Source: Thermodesulfobacteriota bacterium (GTDB lineage: Bacteria > Desulfobacterota_D > UBA1144 > Nemesobacterales > Nemesobacteraceae). Taken from it: a DNA stretch of 64,000 nucleotides. The DNA lies in the NCBI GenBank assembly GCA_965249045.1, contig OZ252213.1:799971-863970 (forward strand), in the 5' to 3' direction. The stretch's first letter is position 1; each line of letters starts with the position of its first letter. Shown in pieces: positions 19,743 to 29,842 of the stretch. The translations under genes and the position numbers were made by a program. The notes under the pieces were generated by a model that did no database searches, was not told the DNA's origin, and saw nothing but the letters and a program-made list of their open reading frames with translations.

Positions 19743-20840
19743 ATGGAACTTGGATACTTCACTATGCCCCTTCATCCGGCCGGCTCCTCCCTTTCCCAGA
19801 CGCTTGAAGCAGACATGGAGCAGATGGTTTTTCTCGACGAAATCGGTTTCAGGGAAGCCTGGATAGGGGAGCACTTCACAGCGGGCTGGGAGAACATACC
19901 GGCCCCCGATCTTTTCATAGCCAAAGCTGCTGCCCTGACGGAGCGGATAATCTTTGGTACGGGTGTTTCATGCCTGCCTCAGCATGACCCTTTCATGCTT
20001 GCGCACAGAATCGCGGTTCTCGACCACCTGCTTAAGGGAAGATTCTACTGGGGAGTGGGAGCCGGGAGTTTCATCGGAGACTTTAAGGCATTTGGCATAA
20101 ACCCCAAAACGGGGGAACAGAGACAGCTTATGAACGAGTCCCTTGAGATGATACTGAATCTGTGGAACAATCCGCGTCCAGGCGATTATGGCAACTCTCG
20201 GTGGAGTTTCACCGTTCCCGATCCCGTGGAAAAAGTTGGTCTTGGAGTGCACACGAAGCCGTACCAGAAACCCCATCCTCCTATAGCGGTCGCGGGAATC
20301 TCAGAGAATTCCACGAGCCTTAGAACCGCCGGGGAACGGGACTGGATACCGATGAGCATAAATTTCGTTACCCGCGACGTACTGAAATCTCACTGGGCGG
20401 GATATCAGCAGGGTGCAGATGCCGCCGGCGGAACGGCGGAGAGGGGGAAATGGAGAATAGCTAGGGACGTCTACGTTGCGGAGACCACGGAGGAAGCGAG
20501 AAAAGAGGTGATAGAGGGCACGCTCGCAAGAGATTTCCGGGATTACTTTTTCAAGATAGTTCCCCTGATAAGAAACAACCTGAATCTGTTTAAGGTTGAT
20601 AAGTCGATGTCGGACCAAGAGGTAACTATGGATTACATGATCGAAAACATGTGGCTTGTAGGAAGCCCCCAGGATGTTGCCCGGAAAATAATCGAGCTTC
20701 ATGAATTTGTCGGAGGATTCGGAGTGCTTCTAGTAATGGGACACGAATGGAAGCCGAAGGAGAAGTGGCAAAAATCAATGAGGTTGCTGAAAGAAGAAGT
20801 TATTCCGATTGTGAAAAAGAATCTGCGGCAGGGGATCTGA
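19743..20840 (+). CDS. LLM-class (luciferase-like) flavin-dependent monooxygenase
   Basis: YFTMPLHP, AWIGEH, KPYQKPHPPIAVAG, LVGSP. Confidence 0.9.
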   Translation: MELGYFTMPLHPAGSSLSQTLEADMEQMVFLDEIGFREAWIGEHFTAGWENIPAPDLFIAKAAALTERIIFGTGVSCLPQHDPFMLAHRIAVLDHLLKGRFYWGVGAGSFIGDFKAFGINPKTGEQRQLMNESLEMILNLWNNPRPGDYGNSRWSFTVPDPVEKVGLGVHTKPYQKPHPPIAVAGISENSTSLRTAGERDWIPMSINFVTRDVLKSHWAGYQQGADAAGGTAERGKWRIARDVYVAETTEEARKEVIEGTLARDFRDYFFKIVPLIRNNLNLFKVDKSMSDQEVTMDYMIENMWLVGSPQDVARKIIELHEFVGGFGVLLVMGHEWKPKEKWQKSMRLLKEEVIPIVKKNLRQGI

Positions 20841-20857
20841 AATCCACTCCCTGCTCT

Positions 20858-21586
20858 CTAGGATTGCGGTTCGTGACTGAAGTGAATTCCGCATTCCTTG
20901 TCCGAGTCCTGCTCCCACCACCACCTGCCCGCCCTTGGGTCTTCTCCCTCCTCGATGGCTCTGGTGCAGGGAGCGCACCCTATGCTTGGATACCCCATGT
21001 CGTGAAGCTTGTTGTACGGAACGTCGTTTTTCCGTACGTAATCCCATATCTCATCAACGGTCCAGTCGAGAATCGGGTTTATCTTGAGCATTCTTCCGTG
21101 CAGGTAGTCAATCTCAAACTTGCTTGAGTCAGCCCGTTGCTGTGTCTGGTCTGCCCTTATAGATGTAATCCAGGCGTCAAGGGTTTTTAAAAATCCGTTT
21201 AGCGGGTTGGTTTTCCTCACCCCACAGCAGAGTCTTCTGTTCTCGACGCTTTTGTAAAAAAGATTCACCCCGTGGCTGGTTACCATTTCCTCTACTTCGG
21301 CCGTGTCGGGGAAAAGCACCTCGATATTGATGTTGTACTTCTCTCTTGTTTTTTCCATTGCATCGTATGTATGCGAATGAAGCCTTCCGGTATCAAGAGT
21401 GAAGACTCTCGCTTCGGGGTCTGTTTTTGCGAACATATCAACAAGCACCATCCCCTGGAGCTGAAAACTGGTCGCAAGCGCCACCGACGAACCGAGGTTC
21501 TCCGAAGCCCAGGCGAGGATATCCTGGGGAGAACTTCGTTCAAACTCGCGATTAAGGCTTTTTATATCTTCTTCTGAGAATTTCAT
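20858..21586 (-). CDS. cysH: APS/PAPS reductase (4Fe-4S type)
   Basis: LDTG, CCGVRK, GYPSIGCAPCT, C-terminal ECGIH. Confidence 0.93.
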   Translation of the reverse strand: MKFSEEDIKSLNREFERSSPQDILAWASENLGSSVALATSFQLQGMVLVDMFAKTDPEARVFTLDTGRLHSHTYDAMEKTREKYNINIEVLFPDTAEVEEMVTSHGVNLFYKSVENRRLCCGVRKTNPLNGFLKTLDAWITSIRADQTQQRADSSKFEIDYLHGRMLKINPILDWTVDEIWDYVRKNDVPYNKLHDMGYPSIGCAPCTRAIEEGEDPRAGRWWWEQDSDKECGIHFSHEPQS

Positions 21587-22594
21587 CTAACCGAGAAAAC
21601 TTAGATACGACGACAAACCGTATTTTATATATATGAGTGATCCGTAATAGCTTACCCCCACGGCTACCACAGGAACAACAAACCAGAAAAAACCGATTTT
21701 GACAACATGACTGTTCTTGGAAGTCTCGGCGAATCCATGTTGCGCGCACGAAAACCCAATCACTCCGGCCGTGACTATTTCGGCGATCGAAACGGGAACT
21801 CCGTATAACGAGGCAAGCAGTATTATCACGGCGGCCGTAAACTCAACCGAGATAGCCCTTATGATACATATCTCCGTTATTTTCTTTCCAAGTGTCTCAA
21901 GAACCCTGCCTCCGAGGAGAATCGCTCCCACTCCCATCGCAACGCCGGCAAGAATCGCGCCCGGATAAGAATCTATAAGCCCCAGACTCACTATGGGACC
22001 GATGGCGTTTGCGGAATTGTTTGCACCTCCCGAAAACGCGATAAACGTTCCGGATATGGTGATGAGAACGGTCAGGATAATGTTAACTTTTTTTTCCGAG
22101 AAAGTACTTGCGAGATAGAGGACTATCTTGAAGTAGAATAACTTCGCTACGGCGAAATTTATTATCCATGCTACTATGGGCGCCACGATCCACCATTTGA
22201 GCACCCGGAGGAAACTGCCGGAATCAAGCGTCTGAGTATAAAGACCGATCCCGACTATGGCGCATACTATGGCATGGGTAGTGGCGATGGGTGTGCGTAC
22301 CACGTTTGCCCAAGTGACGAAACCTATTCCTAGGAGCAGAATTATAAATATGAAGCCTATGTCGGAGGAGAGAGTTTCGGCGGGCACTATTCCCTTGCCC
22401 ACGGTTTCGACCACGGGAGCTCCGGCTGTAAGCGCCCCGAGAAGGGCGAAGATCGCTATGAGCCATACGGCCTGTCTTTTCGACCTTACCCCGGCGCCGT
22501 ATGAAGTTGCCATGGACGCCGCGGAATTGTTGGCTCCTATGTTAAGGGCCAAGAATCCCGAAAGTACGAGCGTTACAACCAGTAAAGTGCTCAA
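21587..22594 (-). CDS. PiT-family anion permease (CysP-like sulfate permease)
   Basis: Two GANN motifs; adjacent to cysH. Confidence 0.8.
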   Translation of the reverse strand: MSTLLVVTLVLSGFLALNIGANNSAASMATSYGAGVRSKRQAVWLIAIFALLGALTAGAPVVETVGKGIVPAETLSSDIGFIFIILLLGIGFVTWANVVRTPIATTHAIVCAIVGIGLYTQTLDSGSFLRVLKWWIVAPIVAWIINFAVAKLFYFKIVLYLASTFSEKKVNIILTVLITISGTFIAFSGGANNSANAIGPIVSLGLIDSYPGAILAGVAMGVGAILLGGRVLETLGKKITEICIIRAISVEFTAAVIILLASLYGVPVSIAEIVTAGVIGFSCAQHGFAETSKNSHVVKIGFFWFVVPVVAVGVSYYGSLIYIKYGLSSYLSFLG

Positions 22595-22695
22595 TAAACT
22601 GTCTCCACGCCTAATATATCAGCGGCAATAATTACGTAAAAACTGAATAGCATTCCGGTTTGTGCGAAAAACAAAAGGGTTTTGCGAGGTGTTCT

Positions 22696-23238
22696 CTAGA
22701 GAAGTTCCGAAACCCTGAATATGGAAAAAAAGCTGCAGCCCCGCTCAAGGAAAGTTTTTTCCGTTTCCTCTCCCCTGTCAACAACGCAAAGAACCCTGCA
22801 GACGCTGGCTCCCGCGGACTCGACGAGATCAATAGCGCTTAGCACGGAACCGCCGGTCGTAATCACGTCCTCGACTATGGCTACCCTGTCTCCTTGGCCA
22901 AGTCCGCCCTCTATCATGTTTCCGGTACCGTGTTCCTTCTCCTTCTTTCTTACTATGAACCCGCGAAGCGGCATATCCTCCGCATAACTTCTGGAGATAA
23001 TTGCGCCCACCATGGGGTCGGCACCCGAGGATGGTCCTCCTACAGCCGTTACGCCTCCCTGCGCGGCGATATCACCCAGGAATATTTCTGATATCAAATT
23101 TGCGCCTTCGGGATCCAGGGTTGTGAGCCTGGCGTCAATGTAATAGGAACTCTGCTTTCCTGATGCCAAAGTGAAATTTCCGAGCAGGATTGATTTGCTC
23201 CTGAGAATTAGTTTTAATTTTTCCCTGCTCTTGTTCAT
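22696..23238 (-). CDS. pyrE: Orotate phosphoribosyltransferase
   Basis: FTLASGKQSSYYID, RKKEKEHG, IVEDVITTGGS; start trimmed to ATG 23238. Confidence 0.93.
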   Translation of the reverse strand: MNKSREKLKLILRSKSILLGNFTLASGKQSSYYIDARLTTLDPEGANLISEIFLGDIAAQGGVTAVGGPSSGADPMVGAIISRSYAEDMPLRGFIVRKKEKEHGTGNMIEGGLGQGDRVAIVEDVITTGGSVLSAIDLVESAGASVCRVLCVVDRGEETEKTFLERGCSFFSIFRVSELL

Positions 23239-23287
23239 CTTCCGGAGTTCCGAGCCGAATGAAACTTTATTCTTGTAATTGTACCTA

Positions 23288-24709
23288 TTGATGCAGAAAA
23301 TCAATAAACCGAACCGCCTCCTTCTCCTGTGCGGAACCGCCGTTTTTTTCCTGCTGGGGGCTATTGCGAAAATCTCCCCGCAACTCTCTTCAGAGGCTTT
23401 CGAAAAAGATCTGATACCGGTTTTCATATCGCTTCTGGTTGCCGCCTCGGTCATTTACTTCGTGGCGGTGAGAAGTCTCGGAAAAAACCGCGCATGCTCG
23501 CTTCTTCTCATAGTTCTTTTCGGTCTCGGTTTCCGTGTTCTGTTTCTGTTTTCGACCCCGATACTTGAAAACGATTTTCACCGCTACTTCTGGGACGGCG
23601 CCGTTCTGGCAAACGGGATAAATCCCTACGAGCACTCGCCAAAGGAAGCGGTGGAGGATGGGGGGAGCGAAAAACTCAAAGAACTGAAGAGCCTCTACGG
23701 CGATACGCTTGAAAAAATAAACCACCCGCACGTAAAAACCATCTATCCGCCGGTTGCGGAATTCTTCTTCGCCGTATCCTACAAAATATCTCCCATGAGC
23801 CTTACGGGGTGGAGAATTATGCTTATAGTGTTTGATCTGGCCACGCTCGCGCTTTTGTTTGCGAGCCTGAAAAAACTTAACATTCCCCTTCAAAGTTCCC
23901 TTATCTACTGGTGGAACCCGCTTCTGGCAAAGGAAATATTCAACTCCGTGCACATGGATGTCCTGGCGCTTCCGTTCGTACTGGGAGCGATACTTCTTTT
24001 TCTTTGCGGAAGGAAAAGGCTCTGGACGCTTGCACTATCGCTTGCGGTGGGAGTTAAGCTATGGCCTGCGCTTCTTTTCGGGGTGTTTTTAAAACCCATT
24101 AGGGAGAAGCGTGAAACGCTTTTGCAGACCCTTGTTTTCGCCGCCGCACTTTTAATCATACTTCTTCCCACATTTGCGTTTAAACTGGATTCGGCTTCCG
24201 GGATCGTGGCGTATGGAAAGAGCTGGCAGAACAACAGTCCGTTCTTCGCGACGATTCTTTTGGTATGGGAATTCGTTCTGGAGGCGCTTGGCATTCACCC
24301 CGGACATGCGCAGATGCACTCAAGAGCCGGCATCATTATGCTTCTTTTTGGCTGGAAGTTCTACGTGGCGTTTGCAAGCGGGTCTTTTGGCATCCACAGA
24401 AAAGCCCTTCTCATAATCGGAGGCGCGTTTCTGCTGAGCCCGGCGCAGTTCCCCTGGTACTACACGTGGCTTCTTCCGTTTCTCTGCATAGCTCCGAGCC
24501 CGGGTTTCCTTGCCCTCACCGCGTTGCTTCCGCTTTATTATCTCCAGTATTATTTTCCTTCTCCCGCCGGGGAAGCTGGAATATTCGGAAACGCGGTGGT
24601 ATGGATAGAGTTTGCGCCCGTATGGGCGTTGCTTGCCTGGGAATGGTGGAGATTCCGGTCTTCGAAAAAAGTCTCGGCTGCCTATGCGGGTACTGCTGAG
24701 GGAGGCTGA
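23288..24709 (+). CDS. Polytopic membrane GT-C glycosyltransferase (GT87/DUF2029-like)
   Basis: DFHRYFWDG, NPY, TIYPP, WNPL, H-x-D, PWYY. Confidence 0.75.
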   Translation: MMQKINKPNRLLLLCGTAVFFLLGAIAKISPQLSSEAFEKDLIPVFISLLVAASVIYFVAVRSLGKNRACSLLLIVLFGLGFRVLFLFSTPILENDFHRYFWDGAVLANGINPYEHSPKEAVEDGGSEKLKELKSLYGDTLEKINHPHVKTIYPPVAEFFFAVSYKISPMSLTGWRIMLIVFDLATLALLFASLKKLNIPLQSSLIYWWNPLLAKEIFNSVHMDVLALPFVLGAILLFLCGRKRLWTLALSLAVGVKLWPALLFGVFLKPIREKRETLLQTLVFAAALLIILLPTFAFKLDSASGIVAYGKSWQNNSPFFATILLVWEFVLEALGIHPGHAQMHSRAGIIMLLFGWKFYVAFASGSFGIHRKALLIIGGAFLLSPAQFPWYYTWLLPFLCIAPSPGFLALTALLPLYYLQYYFPSPAGEAGIFGNAVVWIEFAPVWALLAWEWWRFRSSKKVSAAYAGTAEGG

Positions 24710-24748
24710 GAGCGCGAACCGTCCGGGTTGCGGGGGAACAGGGGTTTG

Positions 24749-26104
24749 TTACTGGACCGAAATTCTGCTTTGTATGGCGTCTCTTACGGTCTTGTAATCG
24801 TTTGGAAGTTCCACCGGAGCGTTTCTCAGCTCAGACGATATCCCCTCAAGGGCTGACTTATGGTAGCCAGCTTTGAACTCCACGAACTTCAGTCCGTGAG
24901 CGGTGGAAACGACCACTATTTTTTCCTTCGGGGAAAGAACCTTTTTCTTAAGAAGTTTCAAAAACACCGCGAGCGCGACTCCGGTATGGGGACAGTTAAA
25001 GGTGCCCGTTCTGTCCGCCATTGCCGAGGCGTGGGAGAGTTCGTCTTCCGATGCCTGTTCAACGACTCCGTCGAATCGCCTGAGAATCGAAATCGCTTTG
25101 TTGATGCTTACGGGGTTTCCGATCTGTATGGCGTTTGCGAGGGTTTTTTTCGCTCTTACCGGGACAAATTCGCTGAAGCCCTTAAGGAAGCTCAGGTAAA
25201 GAGGGTTTGCGTTCTGCGCCTGCGCGCAAACTATTCTCGGAAGTTTTTTTATGAGACCGAGATCATACATCATCAAAAATCCCTTTCCGAGCGCGGACAC
25301 GTTGCCGAGGTTGCCGCCCGGAATTATCACCCAGTCCGGAACTTCCCAGTCAAACTGCTGGCAAAGTTCTATGCTTATCGTTTTCTGCCCCTCTATGCGC
25401 AGGGAGTTAATGGAATTTGCGAGATAGATGTTATGCTCGCTGGTTATTCTCTGGACCATCTCCATGCAGCCGTCAAAATCGGTGTCCAGAGAAAGAACCA
25501 GGGACCCGTTCGAGATGGGCTGAATCAGCTGAGCAATGGATACCTTGTCTTTGGGAAGAAAAACTATTGAAGGGATGCCTGCTGACGCGCAGTAGGCGGC
25601 CAAGGCAGCCGAGGTGTCCCCTGTTGAGGCGCAGGCGACCGCCGGGATGTTCACATTGTCGCTTATCATCTGGTTTACGGCCGAAACAAGCACGGTCATC
25701 CCCAGGTCCTTAAAGGATCCCGTGTGACTGTTGCCGCACATCTTTATCCAGAGATCTTCCGCGCCGACGTGTTTTCCTAACCTTTCGGCCCAGAAAAGAT
25801 TCGTGCATCCCTCGTACATTGAAACTATGTTTTCGTTTTCAATAGAGGGCAGTACCCACTCCTTTTTTCCCCAGACTCCGCTTCCAAAAGGCCAGGACTG
25901 CTTTCTGTATCTGCTGTCGAAAAGCTCTCTCCACTGCTCGGGCGTTTTTTGCCCGAGAGTTTCCATGTCGTGCTGAACGTCGAGAAGATTGTTGCACTTC
26001 CTGCATCTGTAGATGATTTCATCAAGGGGATAGGTTTCAGAGCAATTCTCGTCGATGCATCTGAAATGGGCTCGGTACTCACTCATCAGGCTAACAAAAT
26101 ACAT
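24749..26104 (-). CDS. thrC: Threonine synthase
   Basis: TGSFKDLG, CASTGDTSAA, PGGNLGN, TAHGLKF. Confidence 0.93.
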   Translation of the reverse strand: MYFVSLMSEYRAHFRCIDENCSETYPLDEIIYRCRKCNNLLDVQHDMETLGQKTPEQWRELFDSRYRKQSWPFGSGVWGKKEWVLPSIENENIVSMYEGCTNLFWAERLGKHVGAEDLWIKMCGNSHTGSFKDLGMTVLVSAVNQMISDNVNIPAVACASTGDTSAALAAYCASAGIPSIVFLPKDKVSIAQLIQPISNGSLVLSLDTDFDGCMEMVQRITSEHNIYLANSINSLRIEGQKTISIELCQQFDWEVPDWVIIPGGNLGNVSALGKGFLMMYDLGLIKKLPRIVCAQAQNANPLYLSFLKGFSEFVPVRAKKTLANAIQIGNPVSINKAISILRRFDGVVEQASEDELSHASAMADRTGTFNCPHTGVALAVFLKLLKKKVLSPKEKIVVVSTAHGLKFVEFKAGYHKSALEGISSELRNAPVELPNDYKTVRDAIQSRISVQ

Positions 26105-26225
26105 TTTGCCTTTTTCCCTGTCAACGCTGTGTAACCTTTCTCTCTTGTCTTGGGAAGCATTCGAAGTCCTGGATCCCCGCGTTCATTGACGCCAACAGAG
26201 GCTTTCGGTAGTCTTGGAGAGTCGG

Positions 26226-26519
26226 ATGGAACAAAAAGTGCTTATCCTCGTGAAGGGAAGGGTACAGGGAGTTTATTTCAGAGCCTCGGCGGTGCAAAAA
26301 GCTATTGGGCTTGGTATCAGGGGACATGTTGAGAACCTTGCGGACGGAAACGTGAGGATAGTTGCCGAAGGAACGACCGAGAACCTCGAAAAACTGATTG
26401 AGTGGTGCGGCGAGGGTCCGCCCCGCGCAAAGGTGGAATCGGTTGAACTCAAGTGGATGCCGCCGGAGGGCGGATTCACTGATTTTCGCATAAAAGAGAC
26501 TCAGAGGGGGTCAGATTGA
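26226..26519 (+). CDS. acyP: Acylphosphatase
   Basis: GRVQGVYFR, NLADG, GPPRAKV. Confidence 0.92.
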   Translation: MEQKVLILVKGRVQGVYFRASAVQKAIGLGIRGHVENLADGNVRIVAEGTTENLEKLIEWCGEGPPRAKVESVELKWMPPEGGFTDFRIKETQRGSD

Positions 26520-27157
26520 TAATAAAATGCGTCCCGGGTGGGGTATTCATTGAAAACTGCTATATCATAGGGGATGAAGATACCAACGAGGCGATGCTCG
26601 TTGACCCTGGAGAGCAGATAGAGGAAATATCCGCGGAAATTGAAAGATCGGGACTCGAGGTAAAAAAAATAGTCAACACCCACGCGCATCTGGATCATGT
26701 GGCCGGTGTTGAGGCTTTCAAAAAGAAGCTCGGCATACCCTTTTACATACACCAAAAAGAACAGCCCGTGCTTGACGTGCTTCCCGAGGCGAAGATGAGG
26801 TTTCCCGGATTTGACTTTGTCGAGGTCCCCGAGGTAGACGGCTACGTGAAAGAAGGAGATACGCTTTCAGTCGGGAATCTCAGGGGAGAGATTCTGCTTG
26901 TCCCGGGACACACCTGGGGGCACATATGCTTTGTTTTCGAAGAATCCATAATAGCGGGCGACACGGTTTTCGCGGGGAGCGTCGGCAGAGTGGATCTTAC
27001 GGGGGGAACAACCATGGCGGAACTTGTCGGGTCGATCTGCTCCGAGATTCTTAAATATCCCGACCACTATGAAATCCATTCAGGCCATGGTCCCCGAACG
27101 ACCGTGGGAATTGAAAAAAGCACCAACCCTTTTCTTATTGGAACTTTTGCGCTGTAA
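26516..27157 (+). CDS. MBL-fold metallo-hydrolase (glyoxalase II family)
   Basis: THAHLDH, PGHT, GD, GHG, C-terminal NPF. Confidence 0.9.
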   Translation: MIIKCVPGGVFIENCYIIGDEDTNEAMLVDPGEQIEEISAEIERSGLEVKKIVNTHAHLDHVAGVEAFKKKLGIPFYIHQKEQPVLDVLPEAKMRFPGFDFVEVPEVDGYVKEGDTLSVGNLRGEILLVPGHTWGHICFVFEESIIAGDTVFAGSVGRVDLTGGTTMAELVGSICSEILKYPDHYEIHSGHGPRTTVGIEKSTNPFLIGTFAL

Positions 27158-27163
27158 AGACAT

Positions 27164-27439
27164 ATGAAACCGGGGAAATTCATCAGGCTGGCTCTGTATT
27201 CGGTAATTATCGTGGTGGTGGCCTTGGTGTTTTTCAACGAGATTTCCAAGGTCTATTTTCTCAAAAACGAAAACAAGAGGATAGAGAAGAGAATAGAGGA
27301 CTTAAAAGCGCAGAACAGCGCTTACAGAGAGGAAATAGACGCCATAAAGCAAGACCAAAGATACCTTGAGAAAATACTGAGAGAAGAACTGGGGATGATA
27401 AAAGATAAAGAAAAGATATTCAGGTTCAAGGAAGAATAA
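27164..27439 (+). CDS. Septum formation initiator FtsB/DivIC family
   Basis: TM segment plus coiled coil, LREELGMIKDKE. Confidence 0.8.
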   Translation: MKPGKFIRLALYSVIIVVVALVFFNEISKVYFLKNENKRIEKRIEDLKAQNSAYREEIDAIKQDQRYLEKILREELGMIKDKEKIFRFKEE

Positions 27440-27615
27440 CTTTGCGGGCTTCATTATTTTGTTTTCGTACTCAAGAGTTGCTCTAAAGTAGTATCCGTTT
27501 GCTTCGCTGGCGGGTGATCCCGCGTAATCTCCGAAAACATAGAATCAGAGTATAGTTTTACGGTTGTATTTTCCCGCAGGGTCGGGATCGATACCGGTTT
27601 GAGCAGATAGATGAT

Positions 27616-28425
27616 ATGGAGCAGGAAGAGACATTTCGCCATACTAAAAGGCTCGGACAGAATTTTCTGAACGACCCAAACATACTGCGTAAAATCAGCG
27701 TTGCCGCAGAACTCCGGGAAGAAGACCATGTGATTGAAATCGGTCCCGGCAAAGGCAGCCTCACCGAACATCTCATGCTTGGTGCCGGCAGAGTCACGGC
27801 GATTGAAAAAGACAGTAGGCTCAAAACCTTTCTTGATGAGAAATTCGGAGAATCCGAAACCGTCAGGTTTGTTTACGAAGACGCCCTTAAAGTCAGTTTC
27901 AGTCGTTTTTCCGCTGGGGGAAAAATGAAGCTTGTATCCAATCTTCCATATAACGTATCCACCCGGATTCTGATGAAGCTTCTTGATGAAAGAGAGCTTT
28001 TCTCGAAAATAGTTGTGATGCTGCAAAAAGAAGTGGCGCAGAGAATATCTTCTCCAAAGGGACGAAAAAGCTACGGTTCTCTATCTGTGCTTCTTCAGAG
28101 CTGCTTTAGTATAAAGCTTGCCTTCAAGGTCTCGCGCCGCGCATTTTATCCGGTTCCCGCTGTGGATTCGGCAGTGGTGATCCTTGATCCGCTGAAAGAA
28201 CCCGTGTTTTCGGTATCAAGAGAGAAGACATTCAGGGCCGTTACAAGGCATGCGTTTTCCTCTCGGAGAAAAACCATAAGGAATTCGCTCGGCAATTTCT
28301 TTGAGAGGGAGACGATTGAACGGGCGCTCTCGGATTCGCGCATCGATCAGGGAAGAAGGGCTGAATCGCTTTCGGTTGAGGAATTCGCTAGATTGGCGGA
28401 CAGTTTCCACGGAATAAATCAGTAG
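27616..28425 (+). CDS. rsmA: 16S rRNA adenine dimethyltransferase
   Basis: LGQNFL, EIGPGKG, NLPY, RRKT. Confidence 0.95.
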   Translation: MEQEETFRHTKRLGQNFLNDPNILRKISVAAELREEDHVIEIGPGKGSLTEHLMLGAGRVTAIEKDSRLKTFLDEKFGESETVRFVYEDALKVSFSRFSAGGKMKLVSNLPYNVSTRILMKLLDERELFSKIVVMLQKEVAQRISSPKGRKSYGSLSVLLQSCFSIKLAFKVSRRAFYPVPAVDSAVVILDPLKEPVFSVSREKTFRAVTRHAFSSRRKTIRNSLGNFFERETIERALSDSRIDQGRRAESLSVEEFARLADSFHGINQ

Positions 28426-29822
28426 ACAAGTTCTCGCAGAAGTAGGTTCTGAAGTTTTTTTACCCTCGCCCCCATGCCGTTTGATATGATGGAAAAAACG
28501 TAAACCCGCCCGTTTTTCCCGAAGGCGTAACCGGATAGGGACCTGGCTCCTTCAAGATATCCGGTTTTCGCGTAGACCTTGCCCTTGAGATTGCGAAACC
28601 TCTTCTTAAGAGTCCCGTCAACCCCGGCGATCGGAAGAGATGCGATAAACTCCTCGGAAATATTCGGATCTTCGTATACCTTGGCGAGTGCCTGGGTTAT
28701 ATCCTCCGGGGAAACCCTGTTCAGCCTTGAAAGACCGGAGCCGTCAGCCATGGAGAAGTTTCCGTTAAGACCGATTTTCCTCAGATGATTTTCAATTACG
28801 TACGTGCCGGATTTCCATGATCCTGGGGCACTGAAATACTTTGCGCCGATCACCTTGACTATGCTTTCTCCGATTATATTGACGCTTTCCTTGTTGTACT
28901 CACGGATAACGGTGCCCAGAGGTTCTGAGTAATGGGTGAATATCTTGCCGGCCCACCGGGGCACTCTCCTGCGGTCTATATTTCCGTTTACTTCGATTCC
29001 ATTTTCTTCAAGAACTTGCTTGAGTACCGACCCGAAGTAAAAAAACGGGTCGGGTACCGAAAGTTCCAGGGTTTCAGCTTTTTTCCGGGAGGAGACGTAT
29101 CCGGAGATCCTGAGCTCATTTCGTTCGTTGTATTGCGCTCTCACGCCCGATTTTTTTAGCGACGTGGAAACCCTGTTTCTAATCGGGAAGGGAAACTCGG
29201 CAGGTTCCGTACTTACTATCGCGGGTACCCCCTGTACTCTGGACGCGGAAATCTTTATCTTGGCCGAGTTGTAGTTAAACGAAATTGCCGTTACCGGAGG
29301 GCAGAATCCTTTACCGAACCAATCCGGGTCCCAGCCCTCTCCGTAATGGATGTCGTCAAAATACGAACCGTCGAGATGCACCCCGCCGTCAATTCTTGTT
29401 ATCCCAAGGGCTTTAATCCGCCCGGCAATCTCCCGAAGCTTGTCGATGTCTATAGAGGGATCTCCGAACCCTTTTACGTAAAGACCGCCGTGGCCGACTC
29501 CCGAGTGTATTCCTCCGCCCAGATAAAGCTCCGTTTTGAACTGAAAATCCTTCCCAAGAAGCGAAAGCGCCGCGACTGAGGAAAGTATCTTGTTGTTGGA
29601 GGCGGGAATGAATTCCTTTTTGCTGTTGTAGCGGAAAACCGTTTTGCCTGTATCGGCGGAGCGGACCATGATCCCGATTTTCCCCCGCGACGAGGCGTTT
29701 TTTGAAATAAAGGAGAGGATTTTCTTCTGGTTTACTTCAGCGTAGGAAGATGCTGCCGGTAGAAAAGCGAAAAATAAAACCAGTGCGCGCAGAATCAAGG
29801 TTTTTCTTCTGGAGTTAATCAT
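28419..29822 (-). CDS. dacB: D-Ala-D-Ala carboxypeptidase/endopeptidase PBP4
   Basis: PASNNK (SxxK), SVN (SxN), DGSGLSR, KTG. Confidence 0.92.
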   Translation of the reverse strand: MINSRRKTLILRALVLFFAFLPAASSYAEVNQKKILSFISKNASSRGKIGIMVRSADTGKTVFRYNSKKEFIPASNNKILSSVAALSLLGKDFQFKTELYLGGGIHSGVGHGGLYVKGFGDPSIDIDKLREIAGRIKALGITRIDGGVHLDGSYFDDIHYGEGWDPDWFGKGFCPPVTAISFNYNSAKIKISASRVQGVPAIVSTEPAEFPFPIRNRVSTSLKKSGVRAQYNERNELRISGYVSSRKKAETLELSVPDPFFYFGSVLKQVLEENGIEVNGNIDRRRVPRWAGKIFTHYSEPLGTVIREYNKESVNIIGESIVKVIGAKYFSAPGSWKSGTYVIENHLRKIGLNGNFSMADGSGLSRLNRVSPEDITQALAKVYEDPNISEEFIASLPIAGVDGTLKKRFRNLKGKVYAKTGYLEGARSLSGYAFGKNGRVYVFSIISNGMGARVKKLQNLLLRELVY

Positions 29823-29842
29823 TGCTGTATCGTTCTTTTAGG

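Noticed and set aside
23239-23454. N-terminal extension of the pyrE ORF
   Set aside because: It overlaps the divergent glycosyltransferase gene; PyrE similarity starts at MNKSREK (23238).
27440-27615. Possible tRNA or ncRNA between ftsB and rsmA
   Set aside because: No T-loop GTTCRA or cloverleaf pairing seen on either strand.
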